Made by a program: the position numbers and the translations under genes. This document shows, in pieces, positions 36,619 through 47,439 of a DNA stretch of 64,000 nt (positions within the stretch are counted from its first letter, which is position 1; each line of letters opens with the position of its first letter). Under the pieces are notes generated by a model. That model made no database searches and was not told the origin of the DNA. It saw only the letters and a program-made list of their open reading frames with translations. Source of the stretch: an uncultured Planctomycetia bacterium (GTDB lineage: Bacteria; Omnitrophota; Gorgyraeia; Duberdicusellales; 4484-171); assembly GCA_964455085.1 (NCBI GenBank), contig CAYVYJ010000008.1, forward strand, positions 1,514-65,513, given 5' to 3'.

Positions 36619-38855
36619 GCCTGCTCCTCCTGCTCCAGGTAGCTCTCAGGGTCAACTAGGATCTCCCGGGCTTTGGAACCGCAAAAAGGACCAACAATAC
36701 CATCCTGTTCCATTAAATCTAGGAGTCTGGCTGCCCGGGTATAACCTACCCGCATTCTTCGCTGCAACAGAGATGCCGAAGCCTGACGTGCCTGTAAAAT
36801 AACTTTTACGGCCTCATCAAAAAGCTCATCCCCTTCTATATCTATAGCTCTCTTTTTCTCACTCTCAGCAATAGCTTTCTCGTAAATAGGCTTGCCTTGT
36901 TCCCGGATAAAATTAGCAACAATATCAATATCTTCATCGTCAATTAATGAACCTTGAGCCCGAATTAACTTTACTGCTCCCGGCTTTAAGAATAATAAAT
37001 CACCTTTACCGATAAGCTTATCAGCTCCCATCATATCCAAGACTGTCCGGGAATCAACTTTTGATGATACTTTGAATGATATCCGGGCCGGAAAATTAGC
37101 TTTAATTACACCGGTAATTACATCTACCGATGGCCTTTGAGTAGCCAGGATAAGGTGAATGCCTACAGCCCGGGAAAGCTGAGCCAACCGTTGGATTGTA
37201 ACCTCAATGCTTTCTCTGGCTACTATCATCAAATCAGCCAGCTCATCAACAATAATTATAATATAGGGAAGTTTAGCCTCACTCTTATGGCTGCTATTAT
37301 AAGCATCTATATTTCGGCACCCCTCACTGGCTAAGGTTTGATACCTTCGCTCCATCTCCTCTACGGCCCAATTCAGGGCAGCAAAAGCTTTCTTGGCATC
37401 AGAGATAATCGGATGTATAAGATGAGGAATACCAGCAAAAGATGCCAACTCTACCATTTTTGGATCAACCATAATGAACTTAACTTCATCGGGCTTAGCC
37501 TTAAAAATTATTGAAGAAATTAAAGAGTTAACACAAACAGTCTTACCGGCACCAGTGGCCCCGGCAATTAAAAGGTGAGGCATATCATTAAGGTCGGCAA
37601 CAACCGGATTTCCCGATACATCTTTTCCAATTGCCAGAGTAAGTTTAGAACTTGCTTTAATAAATGCCTTCTCTTCTAACACTTCACGCAAATAAACAAG
37701 GTGTTTCTTCATATTGGGAATCTCAACCCCTACTGTACCTCTGCCGGGAAGAGGAGCAACAACCCTAACCTGTGAAGACTTCATCGCTAAAGCAATATCA
37801 TCAGCTAAGGCAGAAATCCTATTTATTTTTACTCCGGCCTGCGGCTGAAGTTCATACATAGTAACGACCGGCCCTCTCTGTACACTAACCACCTTAGCCA
37901 TTACACCAAAATTGGAAAGAGTAGTTTCCAAATTTTTAATATTACCTTCTATGTTCTCTTTTGCCTCCCGCTGGTCAGGGAAAGGCGGAACTTTTAAAAG
38001 TCCCGGATAAGGTAGCTTATAGGTGGCGGAATCAAAGGTCTTGCCTCCAGAATTTTCTAAATCTTCGATCTTCTTTTTTGCTTTATCTCTGCTAATCGGT
38101 CTGAGACTGCTCTTTGTTACTGAATTAGAGCTATCTACTCCCAAGGGATGCGACAGATCTTCCTTAAGGGATGAATCAACTTTAGGAGCGTAAACTTTTA
38201 TCTCCGGTTTTATCTTTGAATCTGCCCTGGCTGTGATATCTTTCGGACTCACTTGAAGTCTCCTCCGCTTAGTGATAACCTTACTTTCTCTTGCCTGCCT
38301 TAAATCATTTAAGAAATCAACAAGTTTAACTATGAGGTTTTTTACTCCTCTTACGATATCAACAAAGAAAAAACCGAAAAATAAAATAGCATTTACCGCT
38401 AAAAGCAGAAAAATTGTAAGAAAAGACCCAAAGGCTAAATATTTTTTGAAGAATGAAGCCAGAAAGAATCCGATGACTCCGGCAACAGCAAATACTTCAG
38501 ATTCGACTTTGGGAAATAATCCGATAAATGCCGAAAGAAATATAATGAAGAATAGAAAAGCTAGGATATTAATAACTTTACTCTTCCCCAGTCCGGAGAA
38601 ACGTAAAAAGCCTAACTTATCTAAACTTAAGAAGAAGAGAGAGAAAGGTATAAAGTAAGCCGCAAAACCAAGGATAAAACGAAGAAAAAAGGCTAAATAA
38701 GCCCCACCAATACCAATAAAATTAGAAATAGTTTCCGGGGCAGGAGAAGTAAGGAGTTTGATATCTTTGGGGGTGTAAGAAACTAAGCTCAAACCCACCA
38801 ATATAGCTACAAGAAACAGGATGGTACTCTTCAGGAAAGAAGAGAGGTGCCTCAT
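36615..38855 (-). CDS. ftsK: DNA translocase FtsK/SpoIIIE
   Basis: 746 aa. N-terminal 4-5 TM helices, linker, RecA-like motor with Walker A GATGAGKT, C-terminal gamma (winged helix) domain. Confidence 0.9.
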   Translation of the reverse strand: MRHLSSFLKSTILFLVAILVGLSLVSYTPKDIKLLTSPAPETISNFIGIGGAYLAFFLRFILGFAAYFIPFSLFFLSLDKLGFLRFSGLGKSKVINILAFLFFIIFLSAFIGLFPKVESEVFAVAGVIGFFLASFFKKYLAFGSFLTIFLLLAVNAILFFGFFFVDIVRGVKNLIVKLVDFLNDLRQARESKVITKRRRLQVSPKDITARADSKIKPEIKVYAPKVDSSLKEDLSHPLGVDSSNSVTKSSLRPISRDKAKKKIEDLENSGGKTFDSATYKLPYPGLLKVPPFPDQREAKENIEGNIKNLETTLSNFGVMAKVVSVQRGPVVTMYELQPQAGVKINRISALADDIALAMKSSQVRVVAPLPGRGTVGVEIPNMKKHLVYLREVLEEKAFIKASSKLTLAIGKDVSGNPVVADLNDMPHLLIAGATGAGKTVCVNSLISSIIFKAKPDEVKFIMVDPKMVELASFAGIPHLIHPIISDAKKAFAALNWAVEEMERRYQTLASEGCRNIDAYNSSHKSEAKLPYIIIIVDELADLMIVARESIEVTIQRLAQLSRAVGIHLILATQRPSVDVITGVIKANFPARISFKVSSKVDSRTVLDMMGADKLIGKGDLLFLKPGAVKLIRAQGSLIDDEDIDIVANFIREQGKPIYEKAIAESEKKRAIDIEGDELFDEAVKVILQARQASASLLQRRMRVGYTRAARLLDLMEQDGIVGPFCGSKAREILVDPESYLEQEEQA

Positions 38856-40936
38856 TATTTTGCTTGCTTTAAGCTAAGTCTAATTTTTCCTTGGGGATCA
38901 ATTCCGATGACTTTTGCTTTCAGAATGTCTCCTTCTTTTAAAAAACTTTCTACATCTTTAACAAATTCATTAGAAAGCTCAGAGACATGGATTAAACCGC
39001 TCTTTCCCGGTGCAATTTCGCAAAATGCACCAAAATTAACTATTTTTTCAACTTTAACCTCGTAAATTTCTCCGATTTCTATATCCTTAACTAAATTAGT
39101 AATCTGTTTTACAGCTCGTTCTAAATCTTCAGCTGTCTGGGCTGCTACTGAAACTACGCTTGTCTCATCATCAATATCCACAGTAACATTATTTTCCCGT
39201 TGAATTCGCTTTATTATCTTCCCGCCAGGGCCAATAATCGCGCCAATCTTATCGGGATTTACGGCAAATGACTTTATCTTCGGTGCATATTCTGAAAGTT
39301 CGTTTCGTGATGAAGATATAGCCTTCTTCATCGCATCTAAGATGGATAAGCGCGCTTCTTTGGCTCTTTCTAAAGTTTCTTCGATAATCTCAAATGTCAA
39401 CCCGTCTATTTTTGTATCTAATTGAATAGCATTAATGCCATTGACAGTTCCGGCAACTTTAAAATCCATATCACCATAATGGTCTTCGGCTCCAGCAATG
39501 TCAGTAAGAATCTTATAGTCTTTATCTTTACTAATTAAACCTATGGCAATCCCAGCTACTGCTTCTTTTATCGGGACACCGGCATCCATCAGTGATAATG
39601 AACTGGCGCATACCGAAGCCATGGATGAGGAGCCATTGGATTCTAAAATCTCCGAGACTACCCGAATAGTATAAGGAAACTTCTCCTTGGAAGGGATTAT
39701 TGGAACCAGTGATTTTTCAGCCAAAGCACCGTGGCCGATATCTCTTCGAGAAGGGCCGCGCATAAATTTTACCTCACCGACACTAAAAGGGGGGAAACTG
39801 TAGTGCAGCATAAAATGCTTTGAACTCTCTCCCTCTAAAGCCTCGATAAACTGGGCATCAGAACTAGTTCCCAAAGTTGTAATTGCTAAAGATTGAGTTT
39901 GCCCCCGGGTAAAAGTGGCTGAACCATGGGTACGCGGCAAAGCCTTAGCTACACACTCAATCGACCGGATATCTTTAAGAGACCTACCGTCAGGCCGCTT
40001 ATCCTCTTTTAATATTTTCCTGCGTAAAACTTCTTCCCCTAAAGCATCTAATCCATTCTCTATGTCTTGGTCAGTAACTCCCGACTCCTCACTTACTAAT
40101 TCTTCCTTTAACGAAGAAGCTATCTGGTTTATAAATGCTCCCTTTTCTTCTTTGCTGGGTAAACTATAAGATTCTTCTATTCTCGCACCAACCTTACTGC
40201 GCAGGTTATTCAATAGCTCTTTATCTACTCCAGATAAAGAAACTTCCTTTTTATCCTTACCCGCCTTCTTCCTAAATTCGTGCTGTAATTTAATTATTTC
40301 TTTTATAAAAGGATGAGCGAATTTTATTGCTCCTAAAACCTCTTTCTCTGGTATCTGGTTAAATCCACCTTCAAGCATTATTATTTTGTTGTCCGTCCCT
40401 ACCACTACTAAATCTATAGGGGAACCTTCTCGCTCCTCATAAGTAGGATTAACCACAAACTTATCTTTGACTTTCGCCACCCTTACTGCTCCCACAGGAT
40501 TAACAAAAGGAATATCTGAGATGAGAAGTGCACAACTGGCAGCATTGACGGCTAAAATATCAGGATCATTCTCACCATCACTGGATAAAACCATGGCAAT
40601 GATCTGAACTTCATTGGTCATCCCTTGAGGGAAAAGGGGTCTTAAGGGACGGTCAATAAGGCGAGCGGTAAGTATCTCTTTATCTTTAGGTCTACCTTCT
40701 TTTTTGAAAAACCCACCGGGGATTTTCCCCATAGCATAGGTCCTCTCTTGATACTCTACCATTAAAGGAAAAAACCCTCTACCAGCAGATGCATCTTGGG
40801 ACATACAAGTAGTGGCTAAAACAACCGTATCCCCATAAGAGACACTAATACTGCCATTTGCTTGTTTAGCCCATTTGCCGGTTGAGAAAACAAAAGGATT
40901 CTTTCCTAAATTGGGAATAGATAACGAAGTAACCAT
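38855..40936 (-). CDS. pnp: Polyribonucleotide nucleotidyltransferase (PNPase)
   Basis: 693 aa. Two RNase PH domains, KH and S1 C-terminal domains. Immediately downstream of rpsO as in the conserved rpsO-pnp arrangement. Confidence 0.95.
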   Translation of the reverse strand: MVTSLSIPNLGKNPFVFSTGKWAKQANGSISVSYGDTVVLATTCMSQDASAGRGFFPLMVEYQERTYAMGKIPGGFFKKEGRPKDKEILTARLIDRPLRPLFPQGMTNEVQIIAMVLSSDGENDPDILAVNAASCALLISDIPFVNPVGAVRVAKVKDKFVVNPTYEEREGSPIDLVVVGTDNKIIMLEGGFNQIPEKEVLGAIKFAHPFIKEIIKLQHEFRKKAGKDKKEVSLSGVDKELLNNLRSKVGARIEESYSLPSKEEKGAFINQIASSLKEELVSEESGVTDQDIENGLDALGEEVLRRKILKEDKRPDGRSLKDIRSIECVAKALPRTHGSATFTRGQTQSLAITTLGTSSDAQFIEALEGESSKHFMLHYSFPPFSVGEVKFMRGPSRRDIGHGALAEKSLVPIIPSKEKFPYTIRVVSEILESNGSSSMASVCASSLSLMDAGVPIKEAVAGIAIGLISKDKDYKILTDIAGAEDHYGDMDFKVAGTVNGINAIQLDTKIDGLTFEIIEETLERAKEARLSILDAMKKAISSSRNELSEYAPKIKSFAVNPDKIGAIIGPGGKIIKRIQRENNVTVDIDDETSVVSVAAQTAEDLERAVKQITNLVKDIEIGEIYEVKVEKIVNFGAFCEIAPGKSGLIHVSELSNEFVKDVESFLKEGDILKAKVIGIDPQGKIRLSLKQAK

Positions 40937-40940
40937 TCTA

Positions 40941-41201
40941 TTAAATTTTAAGCTCCTTTACAACCTCTCCGTAACTTTGAGGGTCTTTACCTTTAAGGTA
41001 AGTAAGCAGACGACGGCGTCTTCCGATGAGGATTAAAAGGCCTCGGCGGGAATGAAAATCCTTCTTGTGCTTCTTGAGGTGCTCGGTAAGATAGCTTACT
41101 CTCTCACTAAGCAAAGCAATCTGCACTGCTGCTGAACCTGTGTCTTCCACATGCTCCTTAAACTTATCGATTATTTTCTTCTTTTTAGTCTTATTTATCA
41201 T
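40941..41201 (-). CDS. rpsO: 30S ribosomal protein S15
   Basis: 86 aa. [20 protein letters not shown] motif typical of S15. Confidence 0.95.
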   Translation of the reverse strand: MINKTKKKKIIDKFKEHVEDTGSAAVQIALLSERVSYLTEHLKKHKKDFHSRRGLLILIGRRRRLLTYLKGKDPQSYGEVVKELKI

Positions 41202-41381
41202 AATATAACCTCTATAATACCCTTATAGTATTAATCTGTCAACCCTATTGACTAATAGCTTTTACTCAAAAATAAGGCGGGATCTGCTAATAACCGCTTC
41301 TTTTAAGCGGTATTATTGTAACAGAAGTATGGCTAAGGGTCAACTCCTGTTTTTAGGGTCAAAATTGACTCTATCTAGGGC

Positions 41382-42080
41382 TTATCCAATAAGATTATAC
41401 TTAATGATGGCCGCCAAGGTCTTTAGCCCGTCTCGCCAGCCGATCTTCTTACCTTGGGCATAAGTTCTTCCGCTATAAGAGATGCCAACTTCATAAATCC
41501 TACACTTTAATTTTGCCACTTTTGCAGTAATTTCCGGATCAAACTCGAATCCACTCTCCTGCAAAGAAATTTTATCCAGGATATCTTTCTTAAAAACTTT
41601 ATAGCAAGTCTCTACATCTGTAAGGTTAAGGTTGGTAAATATATTGGAAAGAAGCGTAAGAAATTTGTTCCCCATCATATGCCAAAAATATAAAACCCTA
41701 TGCTCCTGGGAACCCACAAATCTTGAACCATAGACTACATCGGCCTTACCATCTAAAATGGGTTTAATTAACCGTTTATACTCCTGGGGGTCATATTCTA
41801 AATCCGCATCCTGAACAATAACTATATCTCCGCAAGCTTCCTTGAATCCGCTCCGCAGGGCTGCTCCCTTACCCAGATTTCTGTCGTGATAAATTACCTT
41901 GGTTACCTTTTGCTCTATCTCATTCTTAATAATATCTTTTGTTCCGTCAGTAGAACCATCGTCAATTAAAATTATCTCTTTATTAACTATAGAGGTGTTT
42001 CTTACTCGATCCACCAACTCCTTTACAAACTCTTTTTCGTTAAAACAAGGTATAACTATTGATAACAGAAAATTATCCAT
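41382..42080 (-). CDS. GT2 polyprenyl-phosphate sugar synthase (Dpm1-like, soluble)
   Basis: 232 aa. SIVIPCFNE...DDGSTDGT...QDADL GT-A motifs. No TM segments. Confidence 0.75.
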   Translation of the reverse strand: MDNFLLSIVIPCFNEKEFVKELVDRVRNTSIVNKEIILIDDGSTDGTKDIIKNEIEQKVTKVIYHDRNLGKGAALRSGFKEACGDIVIVQDADLEYDPQEYKRLIKPILDGKADVVYGSRFVGSQEHRVLYFWHMMGNKFLTLLSNIFTNLNLTDVETCYKVFKKDILDKISLQESGFEFDPEITAKVAKLKCRIYEVGISYSGRTYAQGKKIGWRDGLKTLAAIIKYNLIG

Positions 42081-42112
42081 TTTCTACTCCTATTATTAAT
42101 TAAGTTAACACT

Positions 42113-43264
42113 TTATCCGTAAAATTTTAAATGAGCCAGCAAAGAATTTATACCACATATAAGAAGGAAGCCAATATAGAATATATTAAGCCCCAGGTAT
42201 AAAGGCTTAATTTTCCTAAAAGAACCAATAGCTTTTATAATGAAATAAAAAACAAAAGGTGCAAAAAATAGGGTTATTCTCTCGCCGGTAAAAGGGTATT
42301 TCTTCAATAGCCCTAAAACAATTAGTTCCAGAAAGATAACCATACCGATTGTATCGATACTCATAATCCTAAATTTATCCTTTCGGATAGATTTAATACC
42401 GCACCTAAACAGTGAGATTATAAAGAAGGGGATAAAAACAGACGCAGTTCTCCTGAAGAAAGTGCTATTACCAAACCACCAGACTGTTAACTTCCGTAAC
42501 CCTTCTCCGAATGACTTAAAGAAATAATAAAAGGATTTAGTGGATATGAAATAATCGTCCCAATACATGAAAAGATCCCTGATGAGGAGATCGTGTCTTA
42601 AATCGAACCAATAAGCAAAAATTATAACTGCAAAAGAAATAGCTGTGTAACCTAAAATTAAGGGTAAGATTTTACGATTTTTCCTAACCCAAGATAAAAA
42701 ATTGTAAACAACAATCCAAAAGACAAAAAAGCTACCATACGATAAAAGAAGTGTAAAAGGCAATAGCAACGTTATGATGATAAAAGGCTTCGAGGGTTGG
42801 CTATTTACAAACCGCCTCTGATGAATAAAATAAAGACAAAAGATTCCCACAACTAAAACATCAAGTGAATAGGGCTTTAACTCTGCCGCATAATAACTGA
42901 AGGCGTAACTGTTAGCAAAAGAAAATAAAACCAGCAGAAATTGCCATTTATTAGATAGTGACCCCTTGTATAATTTTTTCCAAATAAAAAACGCACCAAG
43001 CATACTTATTAACGAAAAAAATCTTAAAGAAAGAATGCTATAGTTAAACATTTTAGAAAAAATCTTAATTATAATAAGATAGACTCTGGGAAACACCTGG
43101 CAGTGTTCAAGAGGCCCGAGGAGCTGAGCGGCCTTAAAGGTTTCTATATTTTTAAAAACAGAATCTTCATCAACCCAAAGAGGTCTTGCCGAGAAATAGT
43201 GCACAAAACAGAGAAAAATAAACCAGATTATACAAAAAATGAGTAAAATTCTATACTTTCCCAT
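42113..43264 (-). CDS. GT-C fold membrane glycosyltransferase (ArnT/GT83-like)
   Basis: 383 aa, about 10 TM helices. First periplasmic loop has RPLWVDEDSVF, matching the RxLWxxDE motif of ArnT-type polyprenyl-P-sugar transferases. Confidence 0.6.
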   Translation of the reverse strand: MGKYRILLIFCIIWFIFLCFVHYFSARPLWVDEDSVFKNIETFKAAQLLGPLEHCQVFPRVYLIIIKIFSKMFNYSILSLRFFSLISMLGAFFIWKKLYKGSLSNKWQFLLVLFSFANSYAFSYYAAELKPYSLDVLVVGIFCLYFIHQRRFVNSQPSKPFIIITLLLPFTLLLSYGSFFVFWIVVYNFLSWVRKNRKILPLILGYTAISFAVIIFAYWFDLRHDLLIRDLFMYWDDYFISTKSFYYFFKSFGEGLRKLTVWWFGNSTFFRRTASVFIPFFIISLFRCGIKSIRKDKFRIMSIDTIGMVIFLELIVLGLLKKYPFTGERITLFFAPFVFYFIIKAIGSFRKIKPLYLGLNIFYIGFLLICGINSLLAHLKFYG

Positions 43265-43272
43265 TTTAGAAG

Positions 43273-43494
43273 TTATTTCAGGTCCTCTTTTGAGTCTTTT
43301 TCAAACTCTTTAACAATTTTTCTTACCTCTAACTCGGTTTTTGTTATTTTTTCCCGGCAGAGCTTGATAAGTTCTATCGCCCTTTTTACTTTTAAAGCCA
43401 CATCGTCAACATCAATTTGTTCTGATTCAAGTTCAGCCAGTATCTTATTTAGCTCTTGGGAAGCTTCAGTGTATTTTATAGCTTTTTTACCCAT
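43273..43494 (-). CDS. xseB: Exodeoxyribonuclease VII small subunit
   Basis: 73 aa helical protein with XseB-like LEELExIVxxLE-type motif (LNKILAELESEQIDVDD). Confidence 0.8.
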   Translation of the reverse strand: MGKKAIKYTEASQELNKILAELESEQIDVDDVALKVKRAIELIKLCREKITKTELEVRKIVKEFEKDSKEDLK

Positions 43495-44837
43495 TATCCC
43501 TCCTCATTCTTCACTTTATTTTTTATACTTCTTACTCTGGATACTATACTTCCTTGGTAAAGAACTGTTTCGATTAAATCGCTCTCCTTAACATCATTAA
43601 TAAATTTTAATGCTTTCCCCCCTTTAAAAGTTATCGAATAACCCCGCTTCAAGGTATTTTTGGGGGAAAGAATTCTCACCTTTCCGTCTAAATACTTTAG
43701 ATAATCTTGAGAATTCTTAAATATCTTATCCAATGATGAACTTAAAATTTCGCTACTTCTTTTAAGCATTTGTTGCTTCTGGGTTAAAATAACTTTTAAG
43801 GTACTTAAAATATTATGCTTCTTTTCTAAAAGCGCCTCTTGATGAGTCCTAAAATAAACTGACGATAAAGATTCGGTTTTGGCTGCTAAACTTTGTAGCT
43901 GCGCTTTTTCCCCGGAGATAAAATCTTTACTCCGGTTAAGAATTGTCTCTTCTAAATAATCTAAATTCTCTACTACCGCTCTTAATCGCTCAACTAATAT
44001 TCCAGCAACTTTAGTAGGAGTTTTACAAAAAGTATGAGCAACCATATCAGTAATCGTAGTATTTATCTGATGGCCAATGGCTGAGACAACTGGAAATTTT
44101 AAACCGGCAATACTTTCTGCAATCTTTTTATTATCAAAATAAGCTAAGTCGGCGGTTGAACCGCCACCACGGGTGATTACTACCAAGTCTAAATTGGCTG
44201 AAGATAAACTATTAAAAAAATATAAAGCGCCAGTTACATCCTTCTCTACTGATTTACCCTGCATATGAGAGTCTTTAACTAGAATCTTAAACCCATAGCC
44301 ACTATTTTTTAGTTCATTAATAAAGTCATGGTAAGCTGCTGAGCCAAAAGCAGTTATCAAACCGACCCTTAAGGGAATGGTTGGAAAAGGCCATAATTTA
44401 TTCTTCTCCAGAAGACCGTGCTTTTTTAAGTCTTCAATAATTTTAAGACGGTTCTGGGCTATCCGGCCAAGCGTATAAACTGTATCAACATCAACAACCA
44501 CCAAGCTATATTGGCCGGTGGGTGGATGTAGACTTACTTCACATAAAAATTTTACCTCAATATCATTTTTTAGTTCAAAACCCCCTTGGGCCTCTTTAAT
44601 CCGCCTCTGAATCAGTGGCTTTCTGCCGGCAAATAAAGCTACCTTTACTTTGGCAACAATTCTGTCACCTTCGGCTTCCTTTTCTACTAATTCGAAGTAA
44701 ATATGTTTTTTACTTCGTTCTGGGCGCAAGCCCTGAATCTCGCCACAAACCCAGATACTTTGGGGAAATGCTTCCTGGATAAGACCACGAACAACAGTGT
44801 TTAGCTCTAAGACTGTAAAAACTTTTTCTATATCCAT
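43494..44837 (-). CDS. xseA: Exodeoxyribonuclease VII large subunit
   Basis: 447 aa. N-terminal OB-fold, central catalytic domain, C-terminal coiled-coil. Start overlaps xseB (unusual order xseA-xseB directly coupled). Confidence 0.85.
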   Translation of the reverse strand: MDIEKVFTVLELNTVVRGLIQEAFPQSIWVCGEIQGLRPERSKKHIYFELVEKEAEGDRIVAKVKVALFAGRKPLIQRRIKEAQGGFELKNDIEVKFLCEVSLHPPTGQYSLVVVDVDTVYTLGRIAQNRLKIIEDLKKHGLLEKNKLWPFPTIPLRVGLITAFGSAAYHDFINELKNSGYGFKILVKDSHMQGKSVEKDVTGALYFFNSLSSANLDLVVITRGGGSTADLAYFDNKKIAESIAGLKFPVVSAIGHQINTTITDMVAHTFCKTPTKVAGILVERLRAVVENLDYLEETILNRSKDFISGEKAQLQSLAAKTESLSSVYFRTHQEALLEKKHNILSTLKVILTQKQQMLKRSSEILSSSLDKIFKNSQDYLKYLDGKVRILSPKNTLKRGYSITFKGGKALKFINDVKESDLIETVLYQGSIVSRVRSIKNKVKNEEG

Positions 44838-44862
44838 ATAAGTATTTGTCTTATATTTTTTA

Positions 44863-45948
44863 TTAATACTCTAGTAAACCTTTAGCTGAATTAAATACCT
44901 CATCTACAGTAATATCTTTAAGACACTTTAAATCTCTCAAACATTTCGTGAGTCTAAACCTCTGGTAACAAGGCCGGCAGGACAAATCTTTTTTTATCAC
45001 AACATGTTTCTGAAGATTTTCAGGGTACGGTCCGTAAACTGCCTCGCTCACCGGGCCAAAAATTGAAACTGTTCTTATTCCTGAAAATACACCCATATGT
45101 ACTGGGCCACCGTCATTGGCAATTAACAGGGCTGATCTTTGAAGTAGGGCCAAGAAATCAAGCAAAGGCAAATCTATGGCCTTCACCGGCTTATTTTGCA
45201 TCAGGCCTTCTATAGCCTCAATAGTTTCTCTTTCGCTACTGCTTCCGGCCAGAATAATCCGCACCCCACATTGATTAATCAGCTTATCAGCTAACTCCGC
45301 GAACTTAATTCTGGGCCAGTGCTTACGATAAGAGTCGCGTCCCCAGCTCACTCCGCCACAAGGCGTAATCGCGATAAGCGAATCATCAGCCCCAATGCCT
45401 TGTTGGTTTAAGAAATTTGCTGCCTGATTCTTTTGAGTTGCAGTTAAGTTTAACTGAACCTTGCGATACTCGGGCTTAAGGCCTAGCAGTTTCAGAAGTT
45501 CCAGGTAATACTCGATGACGTGTTTGGCTTCATACCCTTTAAGGCTAATCTTCTTAGTTAAAAATCTTCCCCGCTTTTTATAATCATAACCGATTCTTTG
45601 TTTTATCCCCGCAGCCCAGGCGAAAAATCCAAACTGTGAATTTAAAGATAGGTCTATTACAATATCGATGTTTTCTTTTTTTATCTCGGAGATAAAACTC
45701 CCTATTTTCCTGACCCAGGAAAATAGGGACCTTCTCTTAACAGCCTCAAATTCATCTCGCTCATAGACAAAAGTCTTATTGATCAGGATAAAATTTTCTA
45801 ATAGGGCTTGAGTCCTCCGATTGCAGAGGTAAAAAATCTTGCTGGAAGGAAAGTTTTCTTTTAAGTTACTTATAAGCGGTAAAGAGAATAAAACATCTCC
45901 GATACCAAAGGGATTTATTATCAAGAAAGACTTCAGCCTATCTTCCAT
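44863..45948 (-). CDS. GT9 family glycosyltransferase (LPS heptosyltransferase-like)
   Basis: 361 aa. N-terminal LIINPFGIGDVLFSLPLI motif characteristic of ADP-heptose:LPS heptosyltransferases. Confidence 0.75.
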   Translation of the reverse strand: MEDRLKSFLIINPFGIGDVLFSLPLISNLKENFPSSKIFYLCNRRTQALLENFILINKTFVYERDEFEAVKRRSLFSWVRKIGSFISEIKKENIDIVIDLSLNSQFGFFAWAAGIKQRIGYDYKKRGRFLTKKISLKGYEAKHVIEYYLELLKLLGLKPEYRKVQLNLTATQKNQAANFLNQQGIGADDSLIAITPCGGVSWGRDSYRKHWPRIKFAELADKLINQCGVRIILAGSSSERETIEAIEGLMQNKPVKAIDLPLLDFLALLQRSALLIANDGGPVHMGVFSGIRTVSIFGPVSEAVYGPYPENLQKHVVIKKDLSCRPCYQRFRLTKCLRDLKCLKDITVDEVFNSAKGLLEY

Positions 45949-46723
45949 TCTTAATTAAATCTCTATATTTAGCGTAGCTAGTAATCTGATAAAGCGAAGC
46001 AAAGTAAGCTACCATAAAACCAATAAACCCGTCGCGGTAACCTCTCTTAGCAATAAAAGCTCTTAGGAACCTATCGCCGGTGCGCCAGAGGGCATGAACA
46101 AAATTCATCTTATAACCTGCCTTTTTTGGGTCACTCTTGGACAATTTGTACCACTTCTTAGCTTCTAAAGTAGTTTGATTATTAAGCTTGCTCAAGAAAA
46201 TTGCCCAATCCTTGTAAGTATAGTGGATTAAATCACCCCTTAGATGTCCGCATTCACCGATTAAATCAGCCCGAGGGTGAACTTCTACCTCTTCCCACTT
46301 AAATTTATCTCTGCGGAATAACTTTAATTGGGCTGAAGGATATAACCCTCCCCAGCGTACCCAATAATCACCGATAAAGTTTCTTCGGGGTATAGTAAAA
46401 GCATTCACGGCCGGGTGCGAAGCAAGAGTTACTTCAATCTCACTCTTTAACTCCTCAGTCAGCCGTTCATCAGCATCAAGACTTAAAACCCACTGATTAC
46501 TTGCCTGAGAGTAGGCCCAATTCCTATGCCGCCCCTCTATATCCATCTTCCGCACTAAAACCTTTGCACCCAGGCTTTGAGCAAAGCTGCGGGTATTATC
46601 AATCGACTGATCATCAACAACAATTACCTGATCTGCCCACTCCCCTACTGACTTTATGCAATCAACAATTCTCTCTTGTTCATCCTTAGTAAGAATCACT
46701 ATTGATAATGGAATCTTACTCAT
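45938..46723 (-). CDS. GT2 glycosyltransferase
   Basis: 261 aa. SIVILTKDE...DDQSIDNT...DADE GT-A motifs. Confidence 0.75.
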   Translation of the reverse strand: MSKIPLSIVILTKDEQERIVDCIKSVGEWADQVIVVDDQSIDNTRSFAQSLGAKVLVRKMDIEGRHRNWAYSQASNQWVLSLDADERLTEELKSEIEVTLASHPAVNAFTIPRRNFIGDYWVRWGGLYPSAQLKLFRRDKFKWEEVEVHPRADLIGECGHLRGDLIHYTYKDWAIFLSKLNNQTTLEAKKWYKLSKSDPKKAGYKMNFVHALWRTGDRFLRAFIAKRGYRDGFIGFMVAYFASLYQITSYAKYRDLIKNGR

Positions 46724-47439
46724 CCTCTCCTCCCTCTAAAAGAAAACAAATTTAGAAAATTTTTCATAACTACCCAAGAATACAACTTTATATAGACCGG
46801 AATTAGTTTCATCATCTTAAAACTGGATTCACCTTCCTGTCGGGAATTCCAGACTGTAGGTATTTCAGTAATCTTGAATCCTTTAAGGTAGGCTTTAAGT
46901 GGAATTTCCATGGAAATCTCAAAACTTTCAGCCTCCAAATCAATCGCCTCAATGATCTCTCGCTTATACATCTTAAATGAATTAGTAATATCATGAGTTG
47001 GTACTCCTAAAATATAAATGATTCGTCCGGCTAAGCTAGATAAAAAAGTCTTAACTGACGGTCCACCTATTTTTTGGCCACCCCGCATATAGCGAGAACC
47101 ACAGACAATATCATAACCCTGATTGATTTTTTGATACATCTTATTAATTAAGACAGGATCATCACATAAATCAGCCATAACCGAAACAATCAACTCACCC
47201 CTTGCAGCTTTAAAACCAGTTAGCAGTGTATTAGCAAAACCTCTAGGTTCATTATTATCGACTAAGATGATATTTTTATAACGCTTCCTTAATTCTTCTA
47301 CTATCACCCTGGTATTATCGCTGGAATGATCATTAACTACTACAACCTCATAATCTACGGTTAAAGCATCGATAAGGCGAATGATCACCTCTCTGATGCT
47401 CTTCTCCTCATTGTGTGCCGGAATAACTACAGATACCAT
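46720..47439 (-). CDS. GT2 polyprenyl-phosphate sugar synthase (Dpm1-like)
   Basis: 239 aa. VSVVIPAHNE...NDHSSDNT...DLCDDP motifs. Immediately downstream of and abutting a large GT-C-like membrane protein. Confidence 0.75.
   Translation of the reverse strand: MVSVVIPAHNEEKSIREVIIRLIDALTVDYEVVVVNDHSSDNTRVIVEELRKRYKNIILVDNNEPRGFANTLLTGFKAARGELIVSVMADLCDDPVLINKMYQKINQGYDIVCGSRYMRGGQKIGGPSVKTFLSSLAGRIIYILGVPTHDITNSFKMYKREIIEAIDLEAESFEISMEIPLKAYLKGFKITEIPTVWNSRQEGESSFKMMKLIPVYIKLYSWVVMKNFLNLFSFRGRRG

Noticed and set aside
41202-41381. Inverted repeat TGTCAAccctaTTGACta and an imperfect stem-loop (AAUAACCGCUU...AAGCGGUAUUAUU, 41291-41325) upstream of rpsO, as an operator or terminator.
   Set aside because: They are plausible regulatory elements between the GT2 stop and rpsO start, but neither has a following U-run or a recognisable regulator-binding consensus. 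This is too speculative for a feature call.
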